Virus record (IMG/VR): IMGVR_UViG_3300024358_000009 | Coordinates: 142,327 to 206,326 of that record | Reading direction: 5' to 3' (one strand) | Length of the DNA: 64,000 bases | Shown here: positions 42,024 to 53,633 of the stretch, piece after piece | Position numbering within the stretch: position 1 is the stretch's first letter | How the letters are laid out: each line of letters begins with the position of its first letter | Notes under the pieces: model-generated | The model's input: only the letters and a program-made list of their open reading frames with translations | What the model was told of the DNA's origin: nothing | Database searches by the model: none | Translations under genes and position numbers: made by a program

Positions 42024-42828
42024 GTTAATATTATTTCTTGTTGTCGGTATAAATAAAGAGTGTTTCAACTTAATAGAAGATAAAAAAGTTTTTATTAAAA
42101 AAGAACAGCCGATAATTCAAAATAAAGAATGGATTTACGATAGAAATAAAAATCAATGGAAAATTTTCAGAGATAGATGTTTTACATGAAGGTAAAAAAA
42201 TCATGCAGTTGCATGAAAAATTAGAAAACGAATTTAAAAAATCAGAAGTATTCAAAAAATACGAAGCGGTTGGAATTATAACTATACTAACTATAGTTAG
42301 CTTGGTTATAAACGCTATAAGGCTTTTAAAAGCTTGCCAATCACCAAAAGGAGTAGCTTTAATTATAAAAGCTGGCGGACCTTTAGTTAAATTGTATGTT
42401 AGAAGAAATATTTATAAAAAAATGTTATCAATAAATATCCCAGAAGAAGATGCAAAAATATTGTCACATAATATAATTGATTTAATTCAATCAATGCCAT
42501 TAGAAGATTTAGAAAATTTAATAGAAACAGTTTTTAATCAAAGTTCTGGTGAAGAAGATGAGTGATTACTATATTTTTAATCGTTATGCGCCAATTAATA
42601 ATGCAAGTGTTAAGTGTTCAAAATGTAAATTATCTTTTTTTATTTTAAAAGAAATTTTTGAAAAAAAAGAAGATGTTAGCTGTCCTCATTGTAAATCAAA
42701 TTTAATTAACACATCTAAAAAATAATCTTTGAAAAATTCATATTTCTTGATTGCCATCATTCAAAAGATGGTGTAAAAATTCCAGTCCAAACATAAGATC
42801 ATAAAAAATTAAAAGGAAAAAAACTGCC

Positions 42829-45111
42829 ATGTCTATTACAGAGTTGCAGAAATATACAGCCATTTCTAAATATGCAAGATGGATCGAAAATGAAAAAAGA
42901 AGAGAAACTTGGGAAGAAAGCGTAGATCGTGTTAAAAACATGATGATAGAAGTATATCCAAGTCTTTCTGAAGACATTGAAAAGTATTATGGAATGATTA
43001 AAGATCAAAAAATACTTGGATCTCAAAGAGCATTACAGTTTGGTGGCAAGCCAATACTTAAACATAATGCAAGAATATACAATTGTTCAGCTAGCTATTG
43101 TGATCGACTTAGGTTTTTTCAAGAATGTTTTTATTTGCTTTTATGCGGTTCAGGAACTGGTTTTAGCGTACAAAAACACCATGTCGAACTTTTGCCCAGT
43201 TTTTCTGAAAACAGGCTTAAAAATCAAATTATAAGCCACAAAATACATGTTATAGATGACTCTATTGAAGGTTGGGCTGATGCTCTTGGAATACTGCTTT
43301 CTTCATATTTTGATAAACCGGTAAAAGAGTTTAAAGAATTTAAAGATTGTAATATTCATTTTGATTATTCTTCAATTAGAAAGAAGGGCGAACCTTTAGG
43401 TTTTGGCATTGGAACAGCCCCAGGTCATGAACCTCTTGAAAAAGCTTTAAAGAATATTAAAGCATTGCTTGATAAATGCGTTTCTGAAGGATTATCTAAA
43501 CTTCGTACTATTGATGCTTTTGATATAGTCATGCATTCTGCCGATGCCGTTATTAGTGGCGGTGTTCGTAGATCGGCTACTATAGCTTTATTCTCTGCTG
43601 ATGATGAATTAATGATTAATGCAAAAACAGGCGATTGGTATTTTACTAATCCACAAAGAGGCAGAGCTAATATATCTGCTCTTTTGCACAGAAAAGATTC
43701 TTCTAAAGAAGTATTTGAGAATTTATTTAAAGCTACTAAACAATTTGGTGAGCCAGGTTTTTTCTGGGCTGATCTTTATGATGCATTGTGCAATCCATGC
43801 TGCGAAATATCATGGGTAACAAGAGCTTATTATAAAAAAGATAGCGATGAATTAAAGCTTGCTTTGTTAAATTATGATGGTCCAATTACTACAAAGGAAA
43901 ACTGTAAAGACGATATGCCAGAAGATGAAGTTGGTCTTTCTGGTTGGGGATTTTGTAACCTTTCTACAATTAATGGAAAAACGGTCACATGCCCAGAAGA
44001 TTTTTATGAAAGGTGTGAAGCTGCTGCATTTATTGGAACGCTTCAAGCTTCATTTACTAATTTTTCTTATCTTGGAAAGATTACTGAACAGATAGTTAGA
44101 AAAGAAGCTTTGTTAGGTGTTTCGATCAATGGTATGCAGCATCATCCAGAAATACTTTTAAATCCAAAAATTCAACAGCATGGAGCTAAAATAGTAAGAC
44201 AAACAAATGAAAAATATGCAAAAGCATTGAAAATAAATCCAGCTGCCAGAACAACATGTATTAAACCAGAAGGAAATTCTGCTTGTTTATTAGGTTCAAC
44301 ATCTGGAATTCACCCAGACCATAGCCAAAAATATTTTCGTATAGTCCAAGCAAATACTAATGAAGCTCCGTATAAGTTTTTTAAATCTAAAAATCCACAA
44401 GCATGTGAAGAATCTGTTTGGTCAATAAACAAAACAGATGATTGCATTAGATTTTGTGTAGAAAGTCAAGAAGGCACAAGACTAAAAGAGTCTTTAAGCG
44501 CCACAGAACTATTAGATAATGTTGTGTCAACTTATAATAATTGGGTAATACCAGGAAAAAATGAACAATTATGTGTTTGCAAAGAAATCAATCACAATGT
44601 TTCTAATACAATACATGTGAATGAAAATGAATGGTCTATTGTGTGCGATTACATCTATAATAATAGATATTATTTGGCTGGAATATCTTTAATTGCTTCT
44701 AGTGGCGACAAAGATTATGAACAAGCACCTTTTACCGCTGTTTATACAATTGAACAGCAAGAAGAAATTTATGGAAAAGAATCTTTAGTTATAGCAAAAG
44801 AACTTTTTGATAAATATAAATCATACGAATTTAGTTCTTTGTGGAGTGCCTGTTCTTGTGCTTTAGGTTATTTTGAACCTAATAGTGATATGCAAAAAAT
44901 TTATAAAAATCATATTATTAACTTTTCCAAAATGTTTAATAATGACATTAAAAAAGCTACATATGCTTTAAAAGATATGTACAATATTGAATTATGGAAT
45001 AAGTTGAAAGAAAGTTATATTAACATAGATTATAAAGATATGATCGAAGAAAGTTCTACTATTGATGTGCAAAACGAACTGGCTTGCGCTGGAGGTTCTT
45101 GCATTATCTAG
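42829..45111 (+). CDS. nrdJ: Class II (AdoCbl-dependent) ribonucleotide reductase
   Basis: YNC, GGVRRSA, NPCCEI, CNL, TCIKPEG and C-terminal CAGGSC. No NrdB in the window. Confidence 0.9.
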   Translation: MSITELQKYTAISKYARWIENEKRRETWEESVDRVKNMMIEVYPSLSEDIEKYYGMIKDQKILGSQRALQFGGKPILKHNARIYNCSASYCDRLRFFQECFYLLLCGSGTGFSVQKHHVELLPSFSENRLKNQIISHKIHVIDDSIEGWADALGILLSSYFDKPVKEFKEFKDCNIHFDYSSIRKKGEPLGFGIGTAPGHEPLEKALKNIKALLDKCVSEGLSKLRTIDAFDIVMHSADAVISGGVRRSATIALFSADDELMINAKTGDWYFTNPQRGRANISALLHRKDSSKEVFENLFKATKQFGEPGFFWADLYDALCNPCCEISWVTRAYYKKDSDELKLALLNYDGPITTKENCKDDMPEDEVGLSGWGFCNLSTINGKTVTCPEDFYERCEAAAFIGTLQASFTNFSYLGKITEQIVRKEALLGVSINGMQHHPEILLNPKIQQHGAKIVRQTNEKYAKALKINPAARTTCIKPEGNSACLLGSTSGIHPDHSQKYFRIVQANTNEAPYKFFKSKNPQACEESVWSINKTDDCIRFCVESQEGTRLKESLSATELLDNVVSTYNNWVIPGKNEQLCVCKEINHNVSNTIHVNENEWSIVCDYIYNNRYYLAGISLIASSGDKDYEQAPFTAVYTIEQQEEIYGKESLVIAKELFDKYKSYEFSSLWSACSCALGYFEPNSDMQKIYKNHIINFSKMFNNDIKKATYALKDMYNIELWNKLKESYINIDYKDMIEESSTIDVQNELACAGGSCII

Positions 45112-45123
45112 AAAGATGTATTT

Positions 45124-46146
45124 ATGGAAATCAAAGAATTAATTAATAACAATTTAAAAAAATGGAAAATAGAACAAGCTCAAATAGATCCATTTGGTTA
45201 TTGCAACGCTAAGTGTTGGTTTTGTCCTGTTAGATATTCTCCAAATCCATCTGAAGGCAAAGTTCAGATGCCCATAGAATTATTTGAGAAGATAATAAAC
45301 AATATTTTAGAAGAAAGATCAAAAGAAGATGGCATAGTTTCAAAAAAGTTTAATGGTTTATATACAGCCCATTATAATGAAGTTTTATTGTATAAACACT
45401 TTGAGCAAATGTTGGAAATATTAAATAAAAATAACCTTTATACAATGATATTATCTAATGGAATAAATTTAACTCCAGACAAAACAGATATAATAAAAAA
45501 ACACCAAAGAATAATAAGCGGAATATGTTTAAATATACCAGCTTTTGAAGCTGAGTTATGGGAAAAAAGATCTGGAATTAAAAAAGAGAAATTTGGACAA
45601 CTTATAAGCAATATAAATTACGCAAGAATGACATTAAGAGATATGGTATCAAACAAGGCTTTTTCTATACAAATAAACGGCATAGATGAAACAAGCAAAT
45701 ATCAAAACAATGGCTGGTTAGAGCTTGGTTTTGAAGCTCCTGATTTTTCCCCAAATGAAAACGAAAGACAGCTTCAGTTAGCGAAGTCTATTTTTCCAGA
45801 AGTTAATTGTTTTAAAGTTCCACACCTTATTGATAGGGCTGGTAAATTACACGAATTAGGTATTATATCAAATAAAAAAGCAATTAATAAACATTTAAAA
45901 AAGAAAAGTGTAGTCGGTTGTTCTCATGGCAAAGAAATAGGCGGAAGACCATTTGGTTATTTGCATGTAAATGCAGCTGGCAAATTATTTTTGTGTTGTC
46001 ATGACTATGATTTTGATACAATATTTGGTGATATTAATGAATCTTCTTTGCGAGATATATGGTTTTCAGAAAACCATGTAAATGTTATAGAAAATTCATT
46101 TAATAAATTCTGTACAAATTGTGCTTCGTCAGAATGGTCGGAGTAA
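45124..46146 (+). CDS. Radical SAM protein with SPASM/twitch domain
   Basis: CNAKCWFC and C-terminal C...CC...CTNC. Confidence 0.85.
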   Translation: MEIKELINNNLKKWKIEQAQIDPFGYCNAKCWFCPVRYSPNPSEGKVQMPIELFEKIINNILEERSKEDGIVSKKFNGLYTAHYNEVLLYKHFEQMLEILNKNNLYTMILSNGINLTPDKTDIIKKHQRIISGICLNIPAFEAELWEKRSGIKKEKFGQLISNINYARMTLRDMVSNKAFSIQINGIDETSKYQNNGWLELGFEAPDFSPNENERQLQLAKSIFPEVNCFKVPHLIDRAGKLHELGIISNKKAINKHLKKKSVVGCSHGKEIGGRPFGYLHVNAAGKLFLCCHDYDFDTIFGDINESSLRDIWFSENHVNVIENSFNKFCTNCASSEWSE

Positions 46147-46148
46147 AC

Positions 46149-46385
46149 ATGGAAAAATCATTTTCTAGTGGAGACATTGTTGTTTTAAAATCTGGCGGTC
46201 TTCCAATGACGGTATTAAAAATAAATCAGAATTCAGAAGATCCAGAAGTTTTAGTAGCCTATTTTGATTTGGATGGAAATGTTATTAGGGATGGTTTTCC
46301 GCCAGAATCTTTAGAGCTTAGTGAAACTAGATGGGATATAAGTTTTTGCGTTGATATTGATGAAGATAAAAACGAATGGGAATAA
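46149..46385 (+). CDS. YodC/DUF2158 family protein
   Basis: GDIVVLKSGGLPMTV. Confidence 0.75.
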   Translation: MEKSFSSGDIVVLKSGGLPMTVLKINQNSEDPEVLVAYFDLDGNVIRDGFPPESLELSETRWDISFCVDIDEDKNEWE

Positions 46386-46386
46386 T

Positions 46387-46761
46387 ATGCCTACATTTGA
46401 ATATAAGTGTGATTCTTGTGAGTATTCTTTTGAAATAGAAAAAAGTATTCATAAAAACCACCCTAAAAAATGCCCAAAATGCAAACAAAATAAACTTTAT
46501 CAAATCTTTGGAAGTCCTTTTGTATTTTGTAATAATGTAACTACAATAGGACAATGGGCAGAAAAAAACGCAAAAACAAAAGGCAAAGGAAAAGACCAAA
46601 AATCTATGCGAGAAAAAATCGCAGACGCAGGAATTTCAAAAAAAGAAAGTAATACTCCTTGGTGGAGATCTGGCGAAGTAAAAGGTTTGCCAAAAATGGA
46701 CAAGCCTTTAAATTTAAATAAAATAAAAAATGTTAAGAAATATGTGGAGGAAGGAAAATGA
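46387..46761 (+). CDS. FmdB-family zinc-ribbon protein
   Basis: MPTFEYKCDSC...CPKC. Confidence 0.75.
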   Translation: MPTFEYKCDSCEYSFEIEKSIHKNHPKKCPKCKQNKLYQIFGSPFVFCNNVTTIGQWAEKNAKTKGKGKDQKSMREKIADAGISKKESNTPWWRSGEVKGLPKMDKPLNLNKIKNVKKYVEEGK

Positions 46762-48772
46762 ATGAAAATTTTTTTAAATCAGCAAAGCAAAACGATCCTA
46801 CAAAACCACACAAAGCTATGATTGTTGTTTACTATTCATTGCATGAAAAAGATAATCAAAATAGAGCTAATGGAAATCCGATTGAGTATGAACATAAAGA
46901 GTTTTATATTGACGGTGATGATAAATCAATATGCGAAAGAAAAGTTTTTGAACTATTAGAAATGGTAGGTAGTATATGCTCGAAAGAAAAACAGTAAATA
47001 TAAGCAAAGACCCTATTTTAACAGATAATGGTCATATATATCTTTCTTGTTCTTCTTGCAACAAAAAACTCGTTGATTTATTTATCGTAAAAAAAGATGA
47101 AAGTCTTAAATGGAAAGTGATGGCAAAATGTTGTTATTGTAACGATAAGTCTTTTATAACTGAAGTAAGCGGAATGTTTAGACCTTGTGGTATTATGAAA
47201 ATATCAGAGACAGATCCAGATGATTCTAAACTTATCACTCAGTTAGCAAATATTAAAAATGAAAATGATACAATAGTATTTTATACTAAAAAAGGAGATT
47301 GTAATGAATGATGAATACATAGATCATAAAACCACAGTAAAAGGTCTTGATTTTAATAACAAAGAAATCAGTCCACAAGATTGGTCTTGCATAGCAAAAA
47401 CATCTATTACTGAGCCAAGTAATTTACAAAGATATTTTGTTCGTGTTTGCACAGATGGTCCTGACAATGGACTTTTCTATAATCCTATGGTTCATCAACC
47501 ATCAGACCTTAAGAGATTTGATGCTTTTAAAGGAAGAAAAAGGTTTGATTTTAAGTCGGTGAATAAGGAATGCTATGATTTGTACCTTCAATTTATAGAA
47601 ACAAAAAATCCAAGTTTGTTAAAAAACGCAGAAAGGATAAGCATAAATGTCTAAGAAAAAATTGGTTTTAACAGATGAACATAAAATAATTATAGATAAA
47701 TGCTGTCAATTATTAAGCATTGATCAATTATGTAAAGCTTTAAATCTTTCAAAAGATTTGATAAATAATTATTACGAAATGGCGAATAAAAAAGCAGGAT
47801 TAAAATTTGATCAAAGACCCGGATCTGTATCTATGACACAAGCCCAGTCTATGATAGATGACACTATAAAATATGAACAAAAAAATATTTATGATTCTCC
47901 AAAATATAAAGATTGCATACATAGGACAGAATAATGATAACGCTTATAGAAGATGATTATATACAACACCAAAATGTATTTTCTGCTCAATGGATAGCAG
48001 AATTAAACGATGGAACTACTGCTTATCAAGATGATGGTCATCCAGAAAGAGATAATATCCCTTCTTGGCTTAGATTAAAGTTATATCTATTACAAAATAG
48101 ATTGAACATTGTATCATTAAAAATTAGATATAGATCTAATATTGCAGATACTTTGCCAAAAAATGCAGAGGGGTATTTTTTTTCCAATCTGGCATTTTCC
48201 ATTTTTGGTTCTCATAGCGGAAGTTGTTATGTAATAGGATATAAAGATGGAGACATAATAAAAACTGAAGAATGGCTAGTTCCAAATTTAACTCTTCTCA
48301 AGCAAGATGAAAGGCCAGTCATTATTAATGACTTTTTAATATTAAATCATGGAAGACAAATATAGCAAAAAATCTGAAACGAGAACATTTGAGTCAAGAT
48401 TTGGTGGTGGTTGGATTTCTGCTGCTCAATATTTAGCAGAAACAATGTGTGCTAGAAATGCTAAGTTTAATAAAACAGAACTTCCTCCGAAGTTTTGGAA
48501 TCACAAGCCTTGGAAAGATTATTATCTTTATCAAATAAAGCTTGCAAATAGTTTGCTTAAAAAGTATTCTCAGTCCATAATTTTTCAATCTTTGAGAACT
48601 CCAAATGGAGTTAAAGTTATTTCTTTGAAATCTCCATTTCTTCAAAAAGAAATAGCTATCATAGAAAAGAAAAGCGCTCAACAGGAAATAAAAACCACAC
48701 AAGTAGAAAACTTGGATCAAAGACCTAATTTTGTGCAGAACAAAAGTTTAAAAAGAAAGCTAGAGGAATTAG

Positions 48773-49825
48773 ATGGCCAAGAAATCTGACAAGTCAGAAT
48801 CTAAAAGTAGTGACTATTTAGAAAGAGTTATGTCTGAAGTTAATAAGCAATATGCAGAAGGAGTTGCTATTACGGCAGACAATTTATTAGATAATCCACC
48901 AGAAATTATACCTATTAGCCCTGCTTTAGATTTAGGTTTACATGGAGGGATACCAGAAGGTTCTTGGGTAACATGTAGTGGTCATCCCAAAACAGGAAAA
49001 ACATTAACATCTTTATCATTTGCTGCTGAGTGTCAAAAACAAGGCCGTCATGTTTATTACTTAAATATTGAAGGTCGTTTAAAGTCCATGAATATTCATG
49101 GTATAGAAGGTTTAGATCCTAAAAAACTAACAATTTATAGATCTGTTCCAGAAAAAATATTAACTGCTAAAGATTATTTAAATTTAGCAATGAAAGCTAT
49201 TCAGACGCATCCAAGGTCTTTAATCATTATTGATTCGGTAAGCTCTCTTTGTGATGAAAGAGAAATGGATGAAGGTATAGGTTATGAAAATCGTGGTTCT
49301 GGCAACAAGATGTTTGCTGGTTTTTGTAGGCAAGCGTCCAATCTAGTTCCCATTCAAAAAGTTATAGTTTGGTCTATTATGCACTTGGCTCAAAACCAAG
49401 GCATGTATGGTGGCTTTATTGAAAAGGGATCAAGGGCTTTACAATATCAGGCCGATGTTCAACTAAGAGTGAAATATGATAAAGCATGGACTGCTAATCA
49501 AGATGGAAAAGAAGTTCAAGTCGGTCAACAAGTTCATTGGCTTATAGAATCTTGCGCTCTTGGATCTCCAGGCATGGAAGTTGATAGTTATATTAGGTAC
49601 GGTGTCGGCATTGATAAAACATTTGAAATCATAAACCTAGGCATGGAGTTAGGTTTAATTATAAAATCTGGTGCTTGGATGAATCTTGACTATTTAAAAC
49701 GGCACATAGAAGAATCAGAAATACCAAAAGTGCAAGGTTCTGAAAAGCTTTATAAACTATTAAAAGAAAAGCCAGAATGGATAGCTCTTTTGCAAAAAGA
49801 AATAGATGATATACTAAGACCATGA
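48773..49825 (+). CDS. recA: RecA/UvsX recombinase
   Basis: LDLGLHGGIPEG, Walker A GHPKTGKT and Walker B IIIDSV. Confidence 0.9.
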   Translation: MAKKSDKSESKSSDYLERVMSEVNKQYAEGVAITADNLLDNPPEIIPISPALDLGLHGGIPEGSWVTCSGHPKTGKTLTSLSFAAECQKQGRHVYYLNIEGRLKSMNIHGIEGLDPKKLTIYRSVPEKILTAKDYLNLAMKAIQTHPRSLIIIDSVSSLCDEREMDEGIGYENRGSGNKMFAGFCRQASNLVPIQKVIVWSIMHLAQNQGMYGGFIEKGSRALQYQADVQLRVKYDKAWTANQDGKEVQVGQQVHWLIESCALGSPGMEVDSYIRYGVGIDKTFEIINLGMELGLIIKSGAWMNLDYLKRHIEESEIPKVQGSEKLYKLLKEKPEWIALLQKEIDDILRP

Positions 49826-50223
49826 AAGTAACAGGATTAGACAACAAAGAATATTCTTGGTCTATTTGGGGAAAATCCTCAGATTCGGAACAAAAATCTT
49901 CTTATCATTTAAAAGCTAGGGCATTGTTAAAAAAGTTATTTCCAATAGATAGAATTTTGGAAGAAGTTTATTTGCCGGGTTGTGATAGTTTATATGCTGA
50001 CTTTTTCTTGCCTTTGAGGAAAATAATTGTTGAGGTTCATGGAGAACAGCATTATAAATACATACCGTTTTTTCATGGCAATAAATTAAATTTTGCTAAA
50101 GCGCAAGCTAGAGATAGAAACAAAAGGCTTTTTTGTGAAAAAAATGGAATATTATATATAGATTTACCATGTAGTGAGAGTGAAGATGAGTGGAGAAACA
50201 GAATTTTGGAATGTAAATTGTAA
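49822..50223 (+). CDS. Vsr/DUF559-like endonuclease
   Basis: ADFFLP, VEVHGEQH and RD..K..FC. Confidence 0.7.
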   Translation: MKVTGLDNKEYSWSIWGKSSDSEQKSSYHLKARALLKKLFPIDRILEEVYLPGCDSLYADFFLPLRKIIVEVHGEQHYKYIPFFHGNKLNFAKAQARDRNKRLFCEKNGILYIDLPCSESEDEWRNRILECKL

Positions 50224-51073
50224 TAAAGATTTTTTTGAGTCTTTGCATAGCCCATTTGAAAATAATCTAGGCTTAACTTTTACTCCAGAAAATCCAAATG
50301 AATGTATGCGATTATTAAATTTATCGCATGATCAATTAAAAGTAATGACTTCTGACCAATGTGGCGAAGCAGCATTGTTGCTTCATAATTTTTCATTTAG
50401 ACTGACTAAAGAAATAAGTTCTAAAAAAGCATTACTTAATTATTATAGAGAATGTTTTTATAAAACTATTAGCAAATATGTATCAGACATAAAATATCTT
50501 TCGGCAGAAGAAAGAATTGCTATAGCTGCTGAACAAGATGATTATGCTAAAAAGTTAAAATTTAGCATTGTTAAACTTCAATATATTATTGATCGTGTTG
50601 AGTATTTGCCCATGAAAGTAGATAAAGTAGCAGATATGTTTAACAGTTTACAAATAGCTAGGAGAGTTAGAAATGACAATAGTAGAATTGCTTAACAAGG
50701 CTTTAGAAGAACAAAGTTTTTCTTATGTAGAAGAAGCTTTATTTAATTTAACTGGTATTAAACCAGAATCTAAAAAATCGACTAAAAAAAGAGTAAATAA
50801 AAAGAAAGAACTGGCGAATAAAACTATAGACTCTGATTTTGTAAATAATTTTGTTGATGATTTATCAATACATCCAGAGCTTGTTGAAAAAAATATAAAA
50901 AAGGTTAAAAAAAATTACAGACCAGAATATACCGAATCCTTAATTGATGTTAGTTGTTCAAAGTGCGGTTCTAAAGAAAGGGTTGAAAAAGAAGAGTTTT
51001 ATTCATTGGCTAGGTTATCAGAAGGATCTTATCTATATACTTGCCCAAAATGTATTAAAAGGAATTTATCAAG

Positions 51074-52558
51074 ATGATGCATGACCCAGCAGCTGAAAGA
51101 GCAGTTTTATCTTCTTACTTTCAACATGGTAAAGATGCATACATTGAATCTTCAGATATTTTAAATGAAGATTGTTTTTTTATAGACTCAAATAAAATAG
51201 TTTACAAATGTTTAAGACATTATTATCAAGATGAAAATGAAAAAATAGATATTCCAACATTTTTATCCATAGCAAACTCGCTTGGTTATAAAGAATTTTT
51301 TGAATCTAAAGATGAAAAAAAATATCTTAATAGCTTAACCATTCTCCCTGTTGAGTTAAAAAATACACGAAAGCTTTCTGCAAAACTTGTAAAATTAAAG
51401 ATTGCAAATTCATTAAAAAAAGAAATAGATCTAGCAAGCGGTGAATTAAACTCAGTTACTGGAGATGAAACGCTATCAAATATACTTGGGATAGCAGAAC
51501 AACGAATATTTGATTTTACACTTAATTTATCAAATAGTGAAGATTCTGCTCCAAAATTCATTGGCGATGGCATAGATGAATATATACAACACTTGGAAAA
51601 TAATCCTATTACTCAGATAGGTATTCCGAGTGGTTTTCCTATTTATGATCAATGTATTGGCGGTGGTTTTAGACCTGGCACAGTAAACATCATTGGCGCA
51701 AGAATGAAAACCGGAAAGTCATTCTTTGGAGATGCCGTAGCACTAAACATTTCTGAAAAACTAAACATACCAGTTTTAGTATTAGATACTGAAATGTCTA
51801 ACAAAGATCATTGGCATAGAATGTTAGCGTCAATATCTGGAGTTAAAATTAACGACATAGAAACTGGTAAATATATATCATTGCCAGATGGTAAAAATAA
51901 AATAAACAACGCTAAAGAAAAGCTTAAATCAATACCTTATTATTATAAATCAATAGCCGGACAACCTTTTGAAGAAACATCAGGCATTATGCGAAGATGG
52001 ATAATGCAAAAAGTAGGTCTTAATGAAAGCGGTCAAGCCAATCCATGTTTAATAGTATTTGATTACATTAAGCTAATGAGTGATGATTCTATAAGTAAAA
52101 ACATGGCTGAATATCAAGCATTAGGCTTTCTGATGACTTCTTTGCATAATTTTTGTGTAAAATACGGAGTGCCATGTCTTGCATTCACTCAATTAAATCG
52201 TGATGGTATAAATCGTGAAGATACAGATGTAGCGTCTGGTTCTGATAGAATTCTTTGGTTATGCAGTAATTTTTCTATATATAAAAGAAAATCAGAGGAG
52301 GAATTAGCAGAAGAAGTTCCAGCAGCTAATGGCAAAAGATATAATTTAAAGTTAATACCAATTATTAGTAGGCATGGAAATGGCTTATCACAAGGTGATT
52401 ATATCAACATTTGTGGCGAATATGAGATAGGTAGGATTTCTGAAGGGCCTACAAGAAATAATTTTCACTCACTAAGAAATACTAATAGCGGTTTTACTAT
52501 TTCAGAAGAGGTGTCAAGAAATGAGCCAATTGACTTCTTTGGATCAGACGAAGATTAG
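51074..52558 (+). CDS. dnaB: Replicative helicase
   Basis: AERAVL, GARMKTGKS, DTEM, FDYIKL and QLNR. Confidence 0.92.
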   Translation: MMHDPAAERAVLSSYFQHGKDAYIESSDILNEDCFFIDSNKIVYKCLRHYYQDENEKIDIPTFLSIANSLGYKEFFESKDEKKYLNSLTILPVELKNTRKLSAKLVKLKIANSLKKEIDLASGELNSVTGDETLSNILGIAEQRIFDFTLNLSNSEDSAPKFIGDGIDEYIQHLENNPITQIGIPSGFPIYDQCIGGGFRPGTVNIIGARMKTGKSFFGDAVALNISEKLNIPVLVLDTEMSNKDHWHRMLASISGVKINDIETGKYISLPDGKNKINNAKEKLKSIPYYYKSIAGQPFEETSGIMRRWIMQKVGLNESGQANPCLIVFDYIKLMSDDSISKNMAEYQALGFLMTSLHNFCVKYGVPCLAFTQLNRDGINREDTDVASGSDRILWLCSNFSIYKRKSEEELAEEVPAANGKRYNLKLIPIISRHGNGLSQGDYINICGEYEIGRISEGPTRNNFHSLRNTNSGFTISEEVSRNEPIDFFGSDED

Positions 52559-53633
52559 TTTTATGTCTGAAAAAATATTTGAGAATATTCAAATATTCTT
52601 AGATATGTTTGACATTAAATATAAAAATGTACAGAATTATATTTCTGCTCCATGTCCAATACATGGTGGAGATAATCCTACTGCTTTTTGTATGTATCTA
52701 GATGGGAATACTTTAAAAGGTAACTGGTGTTGTTATACACATCATTGTGAAGAAATATTTAGGCCAACACCATTTGGTTTTATTAGAGGTGTTCTTTCTA
52801 ACAAATACAATAATTGGACAGGGCAACTTAAAGATATAAAATACGGTTTTTTAAAAACATATGACTTTTGTCAATCAATACTGAAAATTGATGAATCTAA
52901 TATTCCAGAGTTAAATAATATAGAAAAAAGAAAGTTTTGTAATGATATTAAAATATTTACAAAAACTAAAAAATTCTTTAAAGGTTGGAATTTACATAAT
53001 GTTATTTCAAGTATGGATATACCATCACAATATTTTTTAAATAGAGGTTATAAAAGAGAAACCTTGGAACATTTTTGTGTTGGCACTTCAAAGAAAAATG
53101 ACGGCATTTTTAGAGATAGGTCTATAGTTCCAGTCATAGCACAAGACGGAATTCATGTTGTCGGTTTTACTGGAAGATCAAATTATGAAAAATGTTTAAA
53201 GTGCAATCAATATCACGAAGGATCATGTGAATCTAAAAACAAAAATTATATATATTCAAAATGGGTAAATAACAAAGGTTTTGCAAAAGAAAGATACTTA
53301 TATAACTTACACAATGCTATAGAAGCTGCTAAATACAGTAAAAAAATAATTTTATGTGAAGGTCCAGCTGATGTTTGGTCTTTATATGAAAAAGGTATTG
53401 AAAATGCCGTTGCTATATTTGGAACATCTTTAACTGATTCTCAACAAATTATATTAGAGACTTGCGATATACATAAGATAATCTTATTATTAGACAATGA
53501 TGAAGCTGGCATTGAAGCAAGAGAAAAAATCAAGTCATCTTTATGTAGGTTTTTTAACATAGCAGTACCAAAATATGAAGGTAAAGATCCTGGATCATCC
53601 AATTCAAATTTGAAGGACATATGCAATGTGTAA
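52521..53633 (+). CDS. dnaG: DNA primase
   Basis: CPIHGGDN zinc finger, GFTGR and TOPRIM CEGPADV...LDNDEAG. Confidence 0.9.
   Translation: MSQLTSLDQTKISFMSEKIFENIQIFLDMFDIKYKNVQNYISAPCPIHGGDNPTAFCMYLDGNTLKGNWCCYTHHCEEIFRPTPFGFIRGVLSNKYNNWTGQLKDIKYGFLKTYDFCQSILKIDESNIPELNNIEKRKFCNDIKIFTKTKKFFKGWNLHNVISSMDIPSQYFLNRGYKRETLEHFCVGTSKKNDGIFRDRSIVPVIAQDGIHVVGFTGRSNYEKCLKCNQYHEGSCESKNKNYIYSKWVNNKGFAKERYLYNLHNAIEAAKYSKKIILCEGPADVWSLYEKGIENAVAIFGTSLTDSQQIILETCDIHKIILLLDNDEAGIEAREKIKSSLCRFFNIAVPKYEGKDPGSSNSNLKDICNV

Noticed and set aside
43790-43960. Intein in NrdJ between NPCCEI and CNL
   Set aside because: Only an insertion of about 40 aa, with no intein terminal or block B motifs.
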